Below, in pieces: positions 17,957 to 27,097 of a DNA stretch of 44,496 bases. The position numbers and the translations under genes are program-made. The notes under the pieces are model-generated. The model was not told the origin of the DNA and did no database searches. It saw only the letters and a list, made by a program, of their open reading frames with translations. Source of the DNA: Bdellovibrionales bacterium RIFOXYD12_FULL_39_22. Its GTDB lineage: Bacteria > Bdellovibrionota > Bacteriovoracia > Bacteriovoracales > Bacteriovoracaceae. How positions within the stretch are numbered: position 1 is the first letter of the stretch; each line of letters opens with the position of its first letter. The stretch spans positions 1 through 44,496 of the forward strand of contig MEQL01000020.1 of the NCBI GenBank assembly GCA_001770205.1, read 5' to 3'.

Positions 17957-20338
17957 ATGCGCTTGGATGCACAATCAATGGACGAAAAAAAAATTATTAT
18001 CGATCTAATTCTGCCTTGCTACAACACTAATGAACTAGATCCCTCTCGCCTAATTTCCTACATCCAAGAATTAGAAGCGGCCAAGGCCGTTGCCATTCAT
18101 CCCATCATTGTATTTGATGGCCCATCGGAAGATATAAACCTAGATGCTCTAAAAGAACAATTTTCTTTGCTCCCTTTAATCTCCTTCGTAAAATATAAAA
18201 AAAATCGGGGCAAAGGATTCGCAGTACGCTCGGCATTGCCCTCATCAAAAGGAAAGTTTCACCTCTACACAGATATTGATCTACCATATCCATTAGAATA
18301 TACCGGCAAAATTATCGACTCGCTTTTGGCCGGCCACGATTTATCTGTAGGAGTTAGACAAAAAATCGTCGATGATAACATCGGAACTCATCGTCGGATC
18401 ATTAGCTTAGTATTTCGTTTTTTTGCCCACTATATTCTACGACTTCCCTTCAAAGACACTCAATGCGGCCTTAAAGGATTTAATCGCAAAGGAAAATTCT
18501 TTCTTAAACATGGCATCATTGATCGTTATACTTTTGATTTAGAATTTTTAGCAAAATGTTTTTTATCAAAAAAAATAAAATCAAATACCATAGATGTGAC
18601 ATTACGCAAAAATGTCATTGCCACCCATTTTCACTGCAAAGTGATCTTACAAGAAGCAATTCAGGCATTTAAATTTTTATTTTACCACTACGGCATTTAT
18701 CTTTTTATGTTCCTATTTTCTTGGTGGTTAATGTTTTCCTCTTTTAATTTTGACTCTCTAAACAACGTAATTCTAGTAGGCTCACATGCTTTCAGCGATT
18801 TTCTTGCCCACGTCCCCATGATTCGCTCCTTTTCTTGGGGAGAAAACTTTCCTATAGAATATCCTTTATACTCAGGAGAACCCATTCGCTATCACTATCT
18901 GTTCTATCTTGTCGCTGGCATGTTAGAGCGTTTTTTCTTACGTATCGACTATGCGCTAAATCTAATCAGCTTGGCAGGTTTTTTTCTATTACTACTTATG
19001 ATTTATAAAATATCACTCTGGTTATTTCGTGATAAGAAGATCAGCGTCCTTTCTGTTTTATTTTTTCTATTCAATGGCACTCTTTCCAGTATTGAATTTT
19101 TTTCAAGACATGGTTTAAATATCAATGCCTTCAAAGAACTTTTCACTCAGCAGATGTGGCAATGTTTTTATCCTTACGGTGGAGTTATTGGAAATAGTTG
19201 TAACATTACTGCTTTTTCCAATCTTAATATCTATACCAACCAACGACACTTGGGCCCGGCATTTGGAATTGTTCTGGCATTTCTCTATTTTTCCCAAACC
19301 TCCAAAATACTAAGCCAAAAGAGGGCCATAATTCAAGGGCTGATCATTGGAATAATCATCTCTATCTTCCCTATCTTCCACCAACCATCACTTCTTTTTT
19401 TTGCAATTTTACTCGCTTTTTTTTTCCTCATTTCCCCGGGCAAAAGACTTTTTTATTTTACCGCCGGCCTTATCTCGCTTGTGGGAATTCTCTGGCAGAT
19501 AAAAGGCGGCAGCTCCACTGGTGCGGCCATCACTTGGCATGTTGGATATCTAATTGAAGGCAAGGTAACCATCATGAACTTTATTAACTTCTGGTGGCGC
19601 AACTTGGGCCTTCCTGCACCGCTAGCAATTGCAGGTTTTATCATGATGCCCAAGCGCGGAAAACTTCTGTTAGTTCCGGCAATTTTACTTTTTATCTTGG
19701 GCAATACCTTTCAATTTGCCAGCGAAATGTCCGCCAACCACAAACTCTTTAATTTTTCGCTAATCTTTTTCAACATGGCCGCAGCATATGCACTAGTTCG
19801 ACTATATAATCTTGCGGGGCAAACAATTGGCCATCGCCTACTACTAAAATTTACACAAACAAGCTTGTTGGCCATGGGCCTTTTTTCCATTGCCGGAGGC
19901 ATTATTGATATCTTTCCTCTCGTAAATGAACATTTTTATCACATTCCGGGATTACAAAAACGCAAACTAGTAGAGTGGTTTAAAAAAAACACTCTCCCCT
20001 CTGATGCTATTTTCAATAGTAATTACAACCAACATCCTGCCTCTTTGGCCGGAAGAAAAATATTTATGGGATGGGCATATTTCCCTTTCTCCTTGGGATA
20101 TGACACCCTGGCGCGCGCTCAAATTATAAAAGAAACCTTAAACGCAAAAAATTTCAAACTCTTTTGCGAAGTTATGAATAAATACAAACTTGCTTATGCG
20201 ACAATTGAGGAAAATCAAAATGACTCCAACAGTCCTTTTGTTCACTTGCAAGACTACTTAGATCTCAAACAACCAGACTATCTTGATCCTGAAACCAACA
20301 TGGCCGTCTACTCCAAGAAAAGTATTTGTGCCCCATAA
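17957..20338 (+). CDS. GT2 polyprenyl-phosphate glycosyltransferase fused to a multi-TM GT-C-like domain
   Basis: N-terminal NRGKGFAVR, YTDID (DXD) and DTQCGLKGF. These are followed by more than 10 TM segments with SDFLAH...YHYLF and a soluble tail containing LAGRKIFMGW. Confidence 0.8.
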   Translation: MRLDAQSMDEKKIIIDLILPCYNTNELDPSRLISYIQELEAAKAVAIHPIIVFDGPSEDINLDALKEQFSLLPLISFVKYKKNRGKGFAVRSALPSSKGKFHLYTDIDLPYPLEYTGKIIDSLLAGHDLSVGVRQKIVDDNIGTHRRIISLVFRFFAHYILRLPFKDTQCGLKGFNRKGKFFLKHGIIDRYTFDLEFLAKCFLSKKIKSNTIDVTLRKNVIATHFHCKVILQEAIQAFKFLFYHYGIYLFMFLFSWWLMFSSFNFDSLNNVILVGSHAFSDFLAHVPMIRSFSWGENFPIEYPLYSGEPIRYHYLFYLVAGMLERFFLRIDYALNLISLAGFFLLLLMIYKISLWLFRDKKISVLSVLFFLFNGTLSSIEFFSRHGLNINAFKELFTQQMWQCFYPYGGVIGNSCNITAFSNLNIYTNQRHLGPAFGIVLAFLYFSQTSKILSQKRAIIQGLIIGIIISIFPIFHQPSLLFFAILLAFFFLISPGKRLFYFTAGLISLVGILWQIKGGSSTGAAITWHVGYLIEGKVTIMNFINFWWRNLGLPAPLAIAGFIMMPKRGKLLLVPAILLFILGNTFQFASEMSANHKLFNFSLIFFNMAAAYALVRLYNLAGQTIGHRLLLKFTQTSLLAMGLFSIAGGIIDIFPLVNEHFYHIPGLQKRKLVEWFKKNTLPSDAIFNSNYNQHPASLAGRKIFMGWAYFPFSLGYDTLARAQIIKETLNAKNFKLFCEVMNKYKLAYATIEENQNDSNSPFVHLQDYLDLKQPDYLDPETNMAVYSKKSICAP

Positions 20339-20351
20339 ATCACCGTAAATC

Positions 20352-20379
20352 AAAAATGCCAAAAAAAATGGGCATTTTT
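20352..20379 (+). terminator. Possible weak intrinsic terminator
   Basis: AAAAATGCC-N10-GGCATTTTT, 13 bp after the GT stop codon. Confidence 0.4.
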
Positions 20380-20592
20380 CCGGCCAGGCTCATCTTATCA
20401 AACCATCATAATTTCAAGCAGTTCTCTTAAATAGCAAAATATAAAACATCAATGATCAAGATTATACAAAAATAGACGATAAGGAAGCTGCAGGGGGATT
20501 GTCTAAAATATTGTTAATGTTGTTTTGATGTAACGCGCCCGCAAGACAGTAGTATTGCTTTGAAACTATGAACAGATAACCGGAAGGGATTT

Positions 20593-23109
20593 ATGAAAAA
20601 AAATTTGATTGCTAAGGCCGTACCACAAAAAATTTCAGGTCAACAAAAAATTTTAATTTTCTCAATCACCGTGCTTCTTGTTCTCCTCTTTATCGCAATT
20701 GCCTTCATTCACAATTTGAATGCTGCAGAGTCTGCCCAACTAGAAGATGCAATGATCTCATCACACACCTCCAAGCAAAATAGTACCGGCCTGCCTCTAA
20801 CAGAACATTCCCAACCAGAATGCCCATGGCCGGGGAATGACGCATTACCTATCGATAAAATTATGCAAATCCACGAAAGCATCTACCCATATTTAAATGT
20901 TAGCACTAATCAAAACAAAACTGACTGTGCCAAACTGGAAATAGATAGTGGCCTTAAAAAAATAGGGGCAGAGTGGGATAGTATCCACAAAGAATATGCT
21001 AGAGCGCTTGGTTTTGAAACTTCAGGCCATGAGCGTGGAAAAAAAATGCAAGCGCAGCGAGATCGTGCAGAGGCCCTCTGCTCCTGTCTAAAAAGCGCCA
21101 ACAAACTAAATAATCCAAAAGATTTCCAATACACCCAGGCAGTTACCGACTTATCGTACGCCCCCCTACTCGATTTTAAAAACGATTACAACTCTCGCGA
21201 TGCGATTGTTTATTTTTTGCAAACAACCTCCTTTAAAATAAAACAGTCATCGCCCATCGCAGATCAAGAACTATCTTGCAATGATAAAATTGGCCTTGCT
21301 CTTGAAAGCGAGGCCTGCAAGAAAGTGGATACAGGAAATATATTCGGACATCTCACAATGCAACCAATTATAAATCCAACTGATACTGCTTTGGAAAAAT
21401 TCACCTCCGCTATAATTTCGTATATTGACACTATAGCAAAATATAAGACTCTAAAAGAACTTGCTTCTAACTATCCAAAAAGTAAATCCAGTGATCGACA
21501 AATTCCCACAACAATTGAGAACATTTTTAAAGACTTGGCCATCAATAATCCGATTCTGCGCCGTGGTTATCTCTTGGATGAAAAATTCAATGACAAAAAC
21601 TACCAAAGTTTTTATGACGATTTTTCTGAAAGAATAAGACAAAAGGGACAATCTCCCAGCGATAAAAAGGCAGCTATCGAGGAGATTCTAACTTCGATCA
21701 TGAATGAACGATTTGCGGAATTTAATAAAAACGTCGATTTTGCTTGCGACGAAATAAAGATTAAAAGCTATCTCGAAAACAGTTGCCAACGCATTACCAA
21801 ATTTGCGGAATCAATTAGTAAAAAAACAGACGGCGACTTCCTCATCAGTAATCCTATCGATGAAAAATACCAAGGAAGTGCGGCCATTTTATATTGTCAA
21901 ACCCAAACGGTGCAACGGCCAATCAGCAACTCTTTTACATCCAATGTGCATAGCTCTTTTTTACAAGATGTAATGCGCGGGGAATACAAAAGCGGCCATA
22001 TTTACTCCTCTGGGCCCATTAACAACAGTAAATACAAAAGTAACTTAACTTCCTCATCTTCTCCGGCCTATGCGAATACTGCTGAAGCTGAAAAAGAAGT
22101 CCTCTCTACTAACTCAACATCGCTCTTGCCAAAACAGACGGCCGCGAGAGAAAACAATCCCAATAGTTCGGCCAACTCTCACCCGCCAATGTTTCCTGTT
22201 AATACAAGCGGCCCTAACTCTCTAGTCTCAACAATTGACGACGAACCAGGAATTATTTCATCTGCAAATTTACCTCCAACTCCTTTCAAGGGCACAGGAC
22301 AAGTTGCAGCGGCCTATCCTGCCACGAAAGAGGCAGAAAAAAGTCCTTTTGCACCACACAATCCTAAGACTTCTGTGGCAAAAACAGATCTCTCGAAACT
22401 ATCTCCGACCGAACTGGAAGAGTTAATTAAGGCCGAAGTGGAAAAAGGCAATAAAGGCAACAAAGAATTAATCGAACAATTAAGACAGCAGATCGCCGAC
22501 TTGAAAAAAGAAAATGGAAAACTACGCCAACCCCTTACGGCCGACGGAGACGATAATCTTAAAAATTATCCCTCTGAACAATATGCGACTCCCTTTAACT
22601 CTAAATCTCCTTCATCCTTTAGCTCTGGCCAGCAATTAAATGCACCTCCAACCATAAATCAAAATCAACCAAATAATTCTCGGCCAAACGCGATAGAGCA
22701 ATCTCGTGAAGATGCCAGATCGGTGGACAATACCCCCCAAAGCGGGCCTGGCAAAATAACACTAACCAGTATTGCCAGTGGCGGAGGAAATATCGTTTTA
22801 CAACTAGATAGCGAAAAGGACGTGCCTTTAAAAGATGGTGCCATAGATATTAGCGCAATTATTAAAACGCTTATGGAACAATACGGCCGCAGCAATCCAG
22901 ATGATCTTTCAATGATTGCAATAGAATTGCCTAATAAGCAAAATCTCACCTTCATTCCAGTTCTTGATGCGAAAGGGGAAAGTATTACCTCCTTCAAAAT
23001 AAAAGAAGAAGATAATGCCCAGGCAGGCCGTGCTCCGGCATTAATGAAAGAAGAAAAAGATGATAAGCAAAAATTTTTCGTTCCAAAACTTGAAGAGCTA
23101 CTAGACTAG
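20593..23109 (+). CDS. Large secreted or membrane-anchored hypothetical protein
   Basis: N-terminal hydrophobic segment, Cys-containing helical region, S/P/N-rich linker, a coiled coil and C-terminal GRAPA. Confidence 0.8.
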   Translation: MKKNLIAKAVPQKISGQQKILIFSITVLLVLLFIAIAFIHNLNAAESAQLEDAMISSHTSKQNSTGLPLTEHSQPECPWPGNDALPIDKIMQIHESIYPYLNVSTNQNKTDCAKLEIDSGLKKIGAEWDSIHKEYARALGFETSGHERGKKMQAQRDRAEALCSCLKSANKLNNPKDFQYTQAVTDLSYAPLLDFKNDYNSRDAIVYFLQTTSFKIKQSSPIADQELSCNDKIGLALESEACKKVDTGNIFGHLTMQPIINPTDTALEKFTSAIISYIDTIAKYKTLKELASNYPKSKSSDRQIPTTIENIFKDLAINNPILRRGYLLDEKFNDKNYQSFYDDFSERIRQKGQSPSDKKAAIEEILTSIMNERFAEFNKNVDFACDEIKIKSYLENSCQRITKFAESISKKTDGDFLISNPIDEKYQGSAAILYCQTQTVQRPISNSFTSNVHSSFLQDVMRGEYKSGHIYSSGPINNSKYKSNLTSSSSPAYANTAEAEKEVLSTNSTSLLPKQTAARENNPNSSANSHPPMFPVNTSGPNSLVSTIDDEPGIISSANLPPTPFKGTGQVAAAYPATKEAEKSPFAPHNPKTSVAKTDLSKLSPTELEELIKAEVEKGNKGNKELIEQLRQQIADLKKENGKLRQPLTADGDDNLKNYPSEQYATPFNSKSPSSFSSGQQLNAPPTINQNQPNNSRPNAIEQSREDARSVDNTPQSGPGKITLTSIASGGGNIVLQLDSEKDVPLKDGAIDISAIIKTLMEQYGRSNPDDLSMIAIELPNKQNLTFIPVLDAKGESITSFKIKEEDNAQAGRAPALMKEEKDDKQKFFVPKLEELLD

Positions 23110-23124
23110 TGCGCGATGTTCACA

Positions 23125-24987
23125 CTACATTAAAGGAACTCGTACAACCACCATTGAACCTTTTCCTACCGCGGAAATTATCTTGGCATCTCCGCCTAAT
23201 TCGTTGGCCATATTACGAATAGCATTCATTCCCACTTTTTTTCCCTGTTCATCAACAATGGCCGACTTGGAAGAAAATCCATTATCAAAAATATGCTGGA
23301 TAACTTCCTCATCATTTTCATTTTTTATAATATTTTTTAATCCAATTTTTTCCATCAAACTGCGAATACTCTTGGCACTAATACCCTTTCCGTCATCTCG
23401 AACAGAAATCTCCAAAAAACGTTTTTTTTCCTCTCCACTTTTGACCTCTTCTCGGATATCGACCTTAATCGTAATATGTCCCCCTAACTCTTTTTGGGCC
23501 AATAGACGATCTTCTGGATCTTCTATCCCATGAAAAAGAGAAAAACGGATTGCGTGCAAAAGAAGCGATAGTAACTTCTCATGTCTAATATCTTTGATTT
23601 CCACTTCCCCTCCTATAAACTTTAGAGGGGCAATCTTTTTGTTTAACTCTCCTGCCAATTTTTGTGCGATTTGATCATAATGAGATAAATGATTAATACA
23701 AAAATTCTTCTTCTCCTTTTTATGCACTTCTGGTAACCGCGGAACTACCTCCGGCCCAGAGAGCAAAACAACCTCGTCGCGCTCCTTCGCAACAAGTTTC
23801 ACCGTAGGCCTTCTCAGTCCCATCTGCGTAGGCGTTGGTGGAATAATTTCTTCATCCTTTACAATCTCTACGGCCTTTTTCACTGTTTCTTTTTTTATTT
23901 CCTCTAACCCAATAACATCTTCCACGGCCTTAGGCACAAGTGGGGCCACTTTCCTTTTATTGTCTTCCTTGGTTGCTACCAATTTTTGCATGCCAGACTT
24001 GGAGAGATCATTAAATGCCAAAACTAAATTTCCTAACTCATCATTAGATTTAAAACTCAAAAGGGTCCCCCAATTACCTCGCGCCATATCTTCAAGTGCA
24101 AATGCCATTTTTGATAAAATCATTACCGGATTACTTAATGCTAAAATACCAACTACCAAAGATAACGCGATAATAAATATTATCATCAAGAATCCTTTGG
24201 AAAAAATGACATCCCCAATCAATAGTGCTGATTTCCTCTCCTGAATTGTTAGAACAATATAATTTTTATCTGCAAGTTTATAATACCCTCCCAACATGGC
24301 ACTTCCTTTTTGGGAAGTGAACTCTAAATCACCACTTTGAAAATTATTGGCCAATATCTGATAAAGAGAAGATTCCTTGCTAAAATCAATATCACGAGGT
24401 CCAACAATTAATTCTCTATTTTTTTCTAGCAAATAATTGCGATAAGGCCCTCTTTCTGCAAATTGCTCAGCAAGAACTCTATCTCGATAAAATATTACAG
24501 AAAGCGCATCGCCTAAACGTCCATTGAGAAAATAAAAACCCCAAACACCACTCTCCTCATCTATTAAATCCAAAAGAGGTATTTTATTTTGAGAAACTCT
24601 CTCTAAAACAGATCTATTTCCCAATAACTTATTCTTTATTCGAGCAACCTTAGTCTCATCAAAATATTCCGCAATTTTACTACTACTATTTTTATAAATT
24701 GCCACTCCTAGAAACAAACTATTACTGTCAAAAACAGACTTTGCTACTGGAGAAAAAACATTACCACTACTGGCATAGGCGTTTATCGCCCGTATATTAA
24801 ACTCCCCAACCTCCTCCAACCTATCTCTCACTCCGGCCCCTACTACTTTTGCAGCACGAATAGAAGATGCCACCACATATGCACGCTTATCCGCAGCGGC
24901 CATACTCTTGATGATAAAGGTATAAAATAAAAGCGATACCAAAGGAACAAGTGCAATTAATGCCAGATGTTTATATTTTAAGGACAT
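23125..24987 (-). CDS. Membrane sensor (periplasmic domain, HAMP) with a degenerate CheA-type HATPase_c domain
   Basis: Two TM segments, HAMP (SNDELGNLVLAFNDL), HGIEDPEDR, DDGKGI, IFDNGFSSK and VGMNAI. Confidence 0.8.
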   Translation of the reverse strand: MSLKYKHLALIALVPLVSLLFYTFIIKSMAAADKRAYVVASSIRAAKVVGAGVRDRLEEVGEFNIRAINAYASSGNVFSPVAKSVFDSNSLFLGVAIYKNSSSKIAEYFDETKVARIKNKLLGNRSVLERVSQNKIPLLDLIDEESGVWGFYFLNGRLGDALSVIFYRDRVLAEQFAERGPYRNYLLEKNRELIVGPRDIDFSKESSLYQILANNFQSGDLEFTSQKGSAMLGGYYKLADKNYIVLTIQERKSALLIGDVIFSKGFLMIIFIIALSLVVGILALSNPVMILSKMAFALEDMARGNWGTLLSFKSNDELGNLVLAFNDLSKSGMQKLVATKEDNKRKVAPLVPKAVEDVIGLEEIKKETVKKAVEIVKDEEIIPPTPTQMGLRRPTVKLVAKERDEVVLLSGPEVVPRLPEVHKKEKKNFCINHLSHYDQIAQKLAGELNKKIAPLKFIGGEVEIKDIRHEKLLSLLLHAIRFSLFHGIEDPEDRLLAQKELGGHITIKVDIREEVKSGEEKKRFLEISVRDDGKGISAKSIRSLMEKIGLKNIIKNENDEEVIQHIFDNGFSSKSAIVDEQGKKVGMNAIRNMANELGGDAKIISAVGKGSMVVVRVPLM

Positions 24988-25113
24988 AGTGATATTCTTA
25001 TCCTAGCGATTGTCATACTAGAATAAGTTTAAAGAGTTTTTGAAGATTTGAATACAAAATATATTAGTCAATTTATCTTGGAAAAAATTAATTAACAAAC
25101 AGGCCTGCCGCTT

Positions 25114-25731
25114 ATGCAATTTTTTAATCTCCAAAAAAATGACCAGAAAATTATTGTTGGCGCACTAAGTACCTTAGTTATTGTCTCCACACTACTTATC
25201 TACGATCGCCTTCTCTTTCCAAGTTTTCATGCTATGTTAAAAATCGATCGACCTTTTATTGTTCCAGATCCTCTTCCTACTGCGACGGCCATTCCCACCG
25301 CCACTGTTATCGCACGCTCTTTTCCAAAGATATCCTCCCCAACAAAGAATGCAGCAGTCAGTAATAATTTGCAAACCCCGAAACGACTTGATTCCGCAAC
25401 TGATGGCCTAATGATCACCAGCTCTCTAAAGCTAGATGGAATTGAGAAAGGTAATGAATTTATTTATCCTGAAGGACAACCAATCAGGCCCATAGAATTA
25501 GATTGGGAAGAGATTGCTGGTGCACAAAATTATATTATCGAAATTGCCTCTGATGCCAAATTTAATGATTTAATTATCCAAAACTCTATGCGGCAAAATA
25601 AATACTCATTCCCTCCAACTAAATGGATGAATCAAGAAATATATTGGCGAGTTAAAGCGATTAGAGGGAGAGAATCATCTAGCTGGTCAAAAACTCAGCG
25701 AATAAAAATTAAGCAGTCAGCACCAATTTAA
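25114..25731 (+). CDS. Membrane-anchored protein with a C-terminal FN3/Ig-like domain
   Basis: N-terminal TM segment, P/T linker and LDWEEIAGAQNYIIEIA...IYWRVKAI...SSWS. Confidence 0.7.
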   Translation: MQFFNLQKNDQKIIVGALSTLVIVSTLLIYDRLLFPSFHAMLKIDRPFIVPDPLPTATAIPTATVIARSFPKISSPTKNAAVSNNLQTPKRLDSATDGLMITSSLKLDGIEKGNEFIYPEGQPIRPIELDWEEIAGAQNYIIEIASDAKFNDLIIQNSMRQNKYSFPPTKWMNQEIYWRVKAIRGRESSSWSKTQRIKIKQSAPI

Positions 25732-25732
25732 A

Positions 25733-26398
25733 CTAGGCCTCGGCAGATTTTTCGGCCTTTTTAGCAGCAGGAGCTGCTTCGGCAGCACCTTCAGTTTTAT
25801 CCTCTCCGCCTTCAGTAACAGTTTTAGCGACAGGTTCTTCCTCTGCCTCTTTCGTAGCGTGAATACTTATAACCACCGTCTCATGGTCGTGCTTGTCTGC
25901 CAAGCTAACCCCTGTCGGCAACTTAATTTCACTCATATGAATCTTGGCGTGCAGCTGCAAATGACTAACATCTATTGCAATAGAATCCGGAAGATCTTTG
26001 GGTAGGCCACTGATTGTAAGCGTTTCAAACGCCTGGGAAACTGTTCCTGTGGCCGTGACACCGTGTGAGTGGCCAGTCAAAACAATTGGCACTGTTACAG
26101 TTGTTTTTTTATCCGCATTGATTTTTAAAAAAGATACATGCAAAATTTTTCCGCTGACGGCATGTTTTTGAATACTCTCAATATTTACGAGTAATTTGTT
26201 TTTCCCATCAACCATCAATTCTATGATTTTAGCTTTATGAGAAAGCTGTTTTAACAGCTTCATCTCTGATATTTTTATGGCCAGTGAATCCATCTCCTTA
26301 CCAAAAACAACACCTGGAACATACCCATCTTTTCTCATTTTATTGAGATTCACTCCATTACCATTGCCTCTGCTCTCTACCTCTAATAGTTCGTACAT
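25733..26398 (-). CDS. rplY: 50S ribosomal protein bL25/Ctc
   Basis: RKDGYVPGVVFG, IQKHAVSGKILHVSF, VPIVLTG and an acidic tail. Confidence 0.93.
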   Translation of the reverse strand: MYELLEVESRGNGNGVNLNKMRKDGYVPGVVFGKEMDSLAIKISEMKLLKQLSHKAKIIELMVDGKNKLLVNIESIQKHAVSGKILHVSFLKINADKKTTVTVPIVLTGHSHGVTATGTVSQAFETLTISGLPKDLPDSIAIDVSHLQLHAKIHMSEIKLPTGVSLADKHDHETVVISIHATKEAEEEPVAKTVTEGGEDKTEGAAEAAPAAKKAEKSAEA

Positions 26399-26559
26399 AT
26401 AATCTCCGTTACAAATGAATAACTATTCCATGCCTTAAAACTACGTGGGAATTCTACGACGTTTTTTATACAAACGATTATGATATACATTTATTAAAAA
26501 TGCATTAATAAAAATAGATAGACTGTTTTATTCCCGATCTGTTTTGGCGGGTATTAAAC

Positions 26560-26997
26560 CTACAGATCCAGCTTGGTGTAGGCCTCATCAATAAAACTAT
26601 CTATGCAACCAGAAATTGCCTCATACACCTTATCAGTATAGGTTAGATATTGTGAGCCCCCGATATTTTCTAATTTAATTAAATCATTTTTGGAAAAAAA
26701 GCCGTTTAGAACACAACGCTTCGGTAGCTTAGTAACTTTGCCCTCTACGCTACTTCCATCATAAACTCTCCACAAATAGGCAAAGTCGAAGTAGCAAATC
26801 CCTTCGCTTCTCACGCAATTTATAGAATAAAATTCATAATCAAAATCCCCTTCACACCAAGTATCCCCACAGATATTATCAATCTCTTGCAGCAGCTGGC
26901 CCTTTTCCGCGCTGGCCAAAATATCACGATAATCACTAGCGTAAACAATGCTAGAAAAGAAAATTATGCAAACTAGTGCCAAGAATAATCTGGCCAT
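26560..26997 (-). CDS. Secreted hypothetical protein, Cys-containing
   Basis: GGAGG RBS, signal peptide ending VYA, IDNICGDTWCEGDF motif and 6 Cys in the predicted mature part. Confidence 0.8.
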   Translation of the reverse strand: MARLFLALVCIIFFSSIVYASDYRDILASAEKGQLLQEIDNICGDTWCEGDFDYEFYSINCVRSEGICYFDFAYLWRVYDGSSVEGKVTKLPKRCVLNGFFSKNDLIKLENIGGSQYLTYTDKVYEAISGCIDSFIDEAYTKLDL

Positions 26998-27097
26998 ATA
27001 AAACCTCCCTTGGTGGACTCCTTTTATTAACTACACCCGCTGTATATATCTGTAAAATGTATTAATTATAATAAAACAATCTAATTTACAGATAATA

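Noticed and set aside
27047..27094. TATCTGTAAA...TTTACAGATA inverted repeat (similarly AAGCATAAAA...TTTTATGCTT at 35911-35949)
   Set aside because: AT-rich 10-bp arms with long spacers could arise by chance; no function can be supported.
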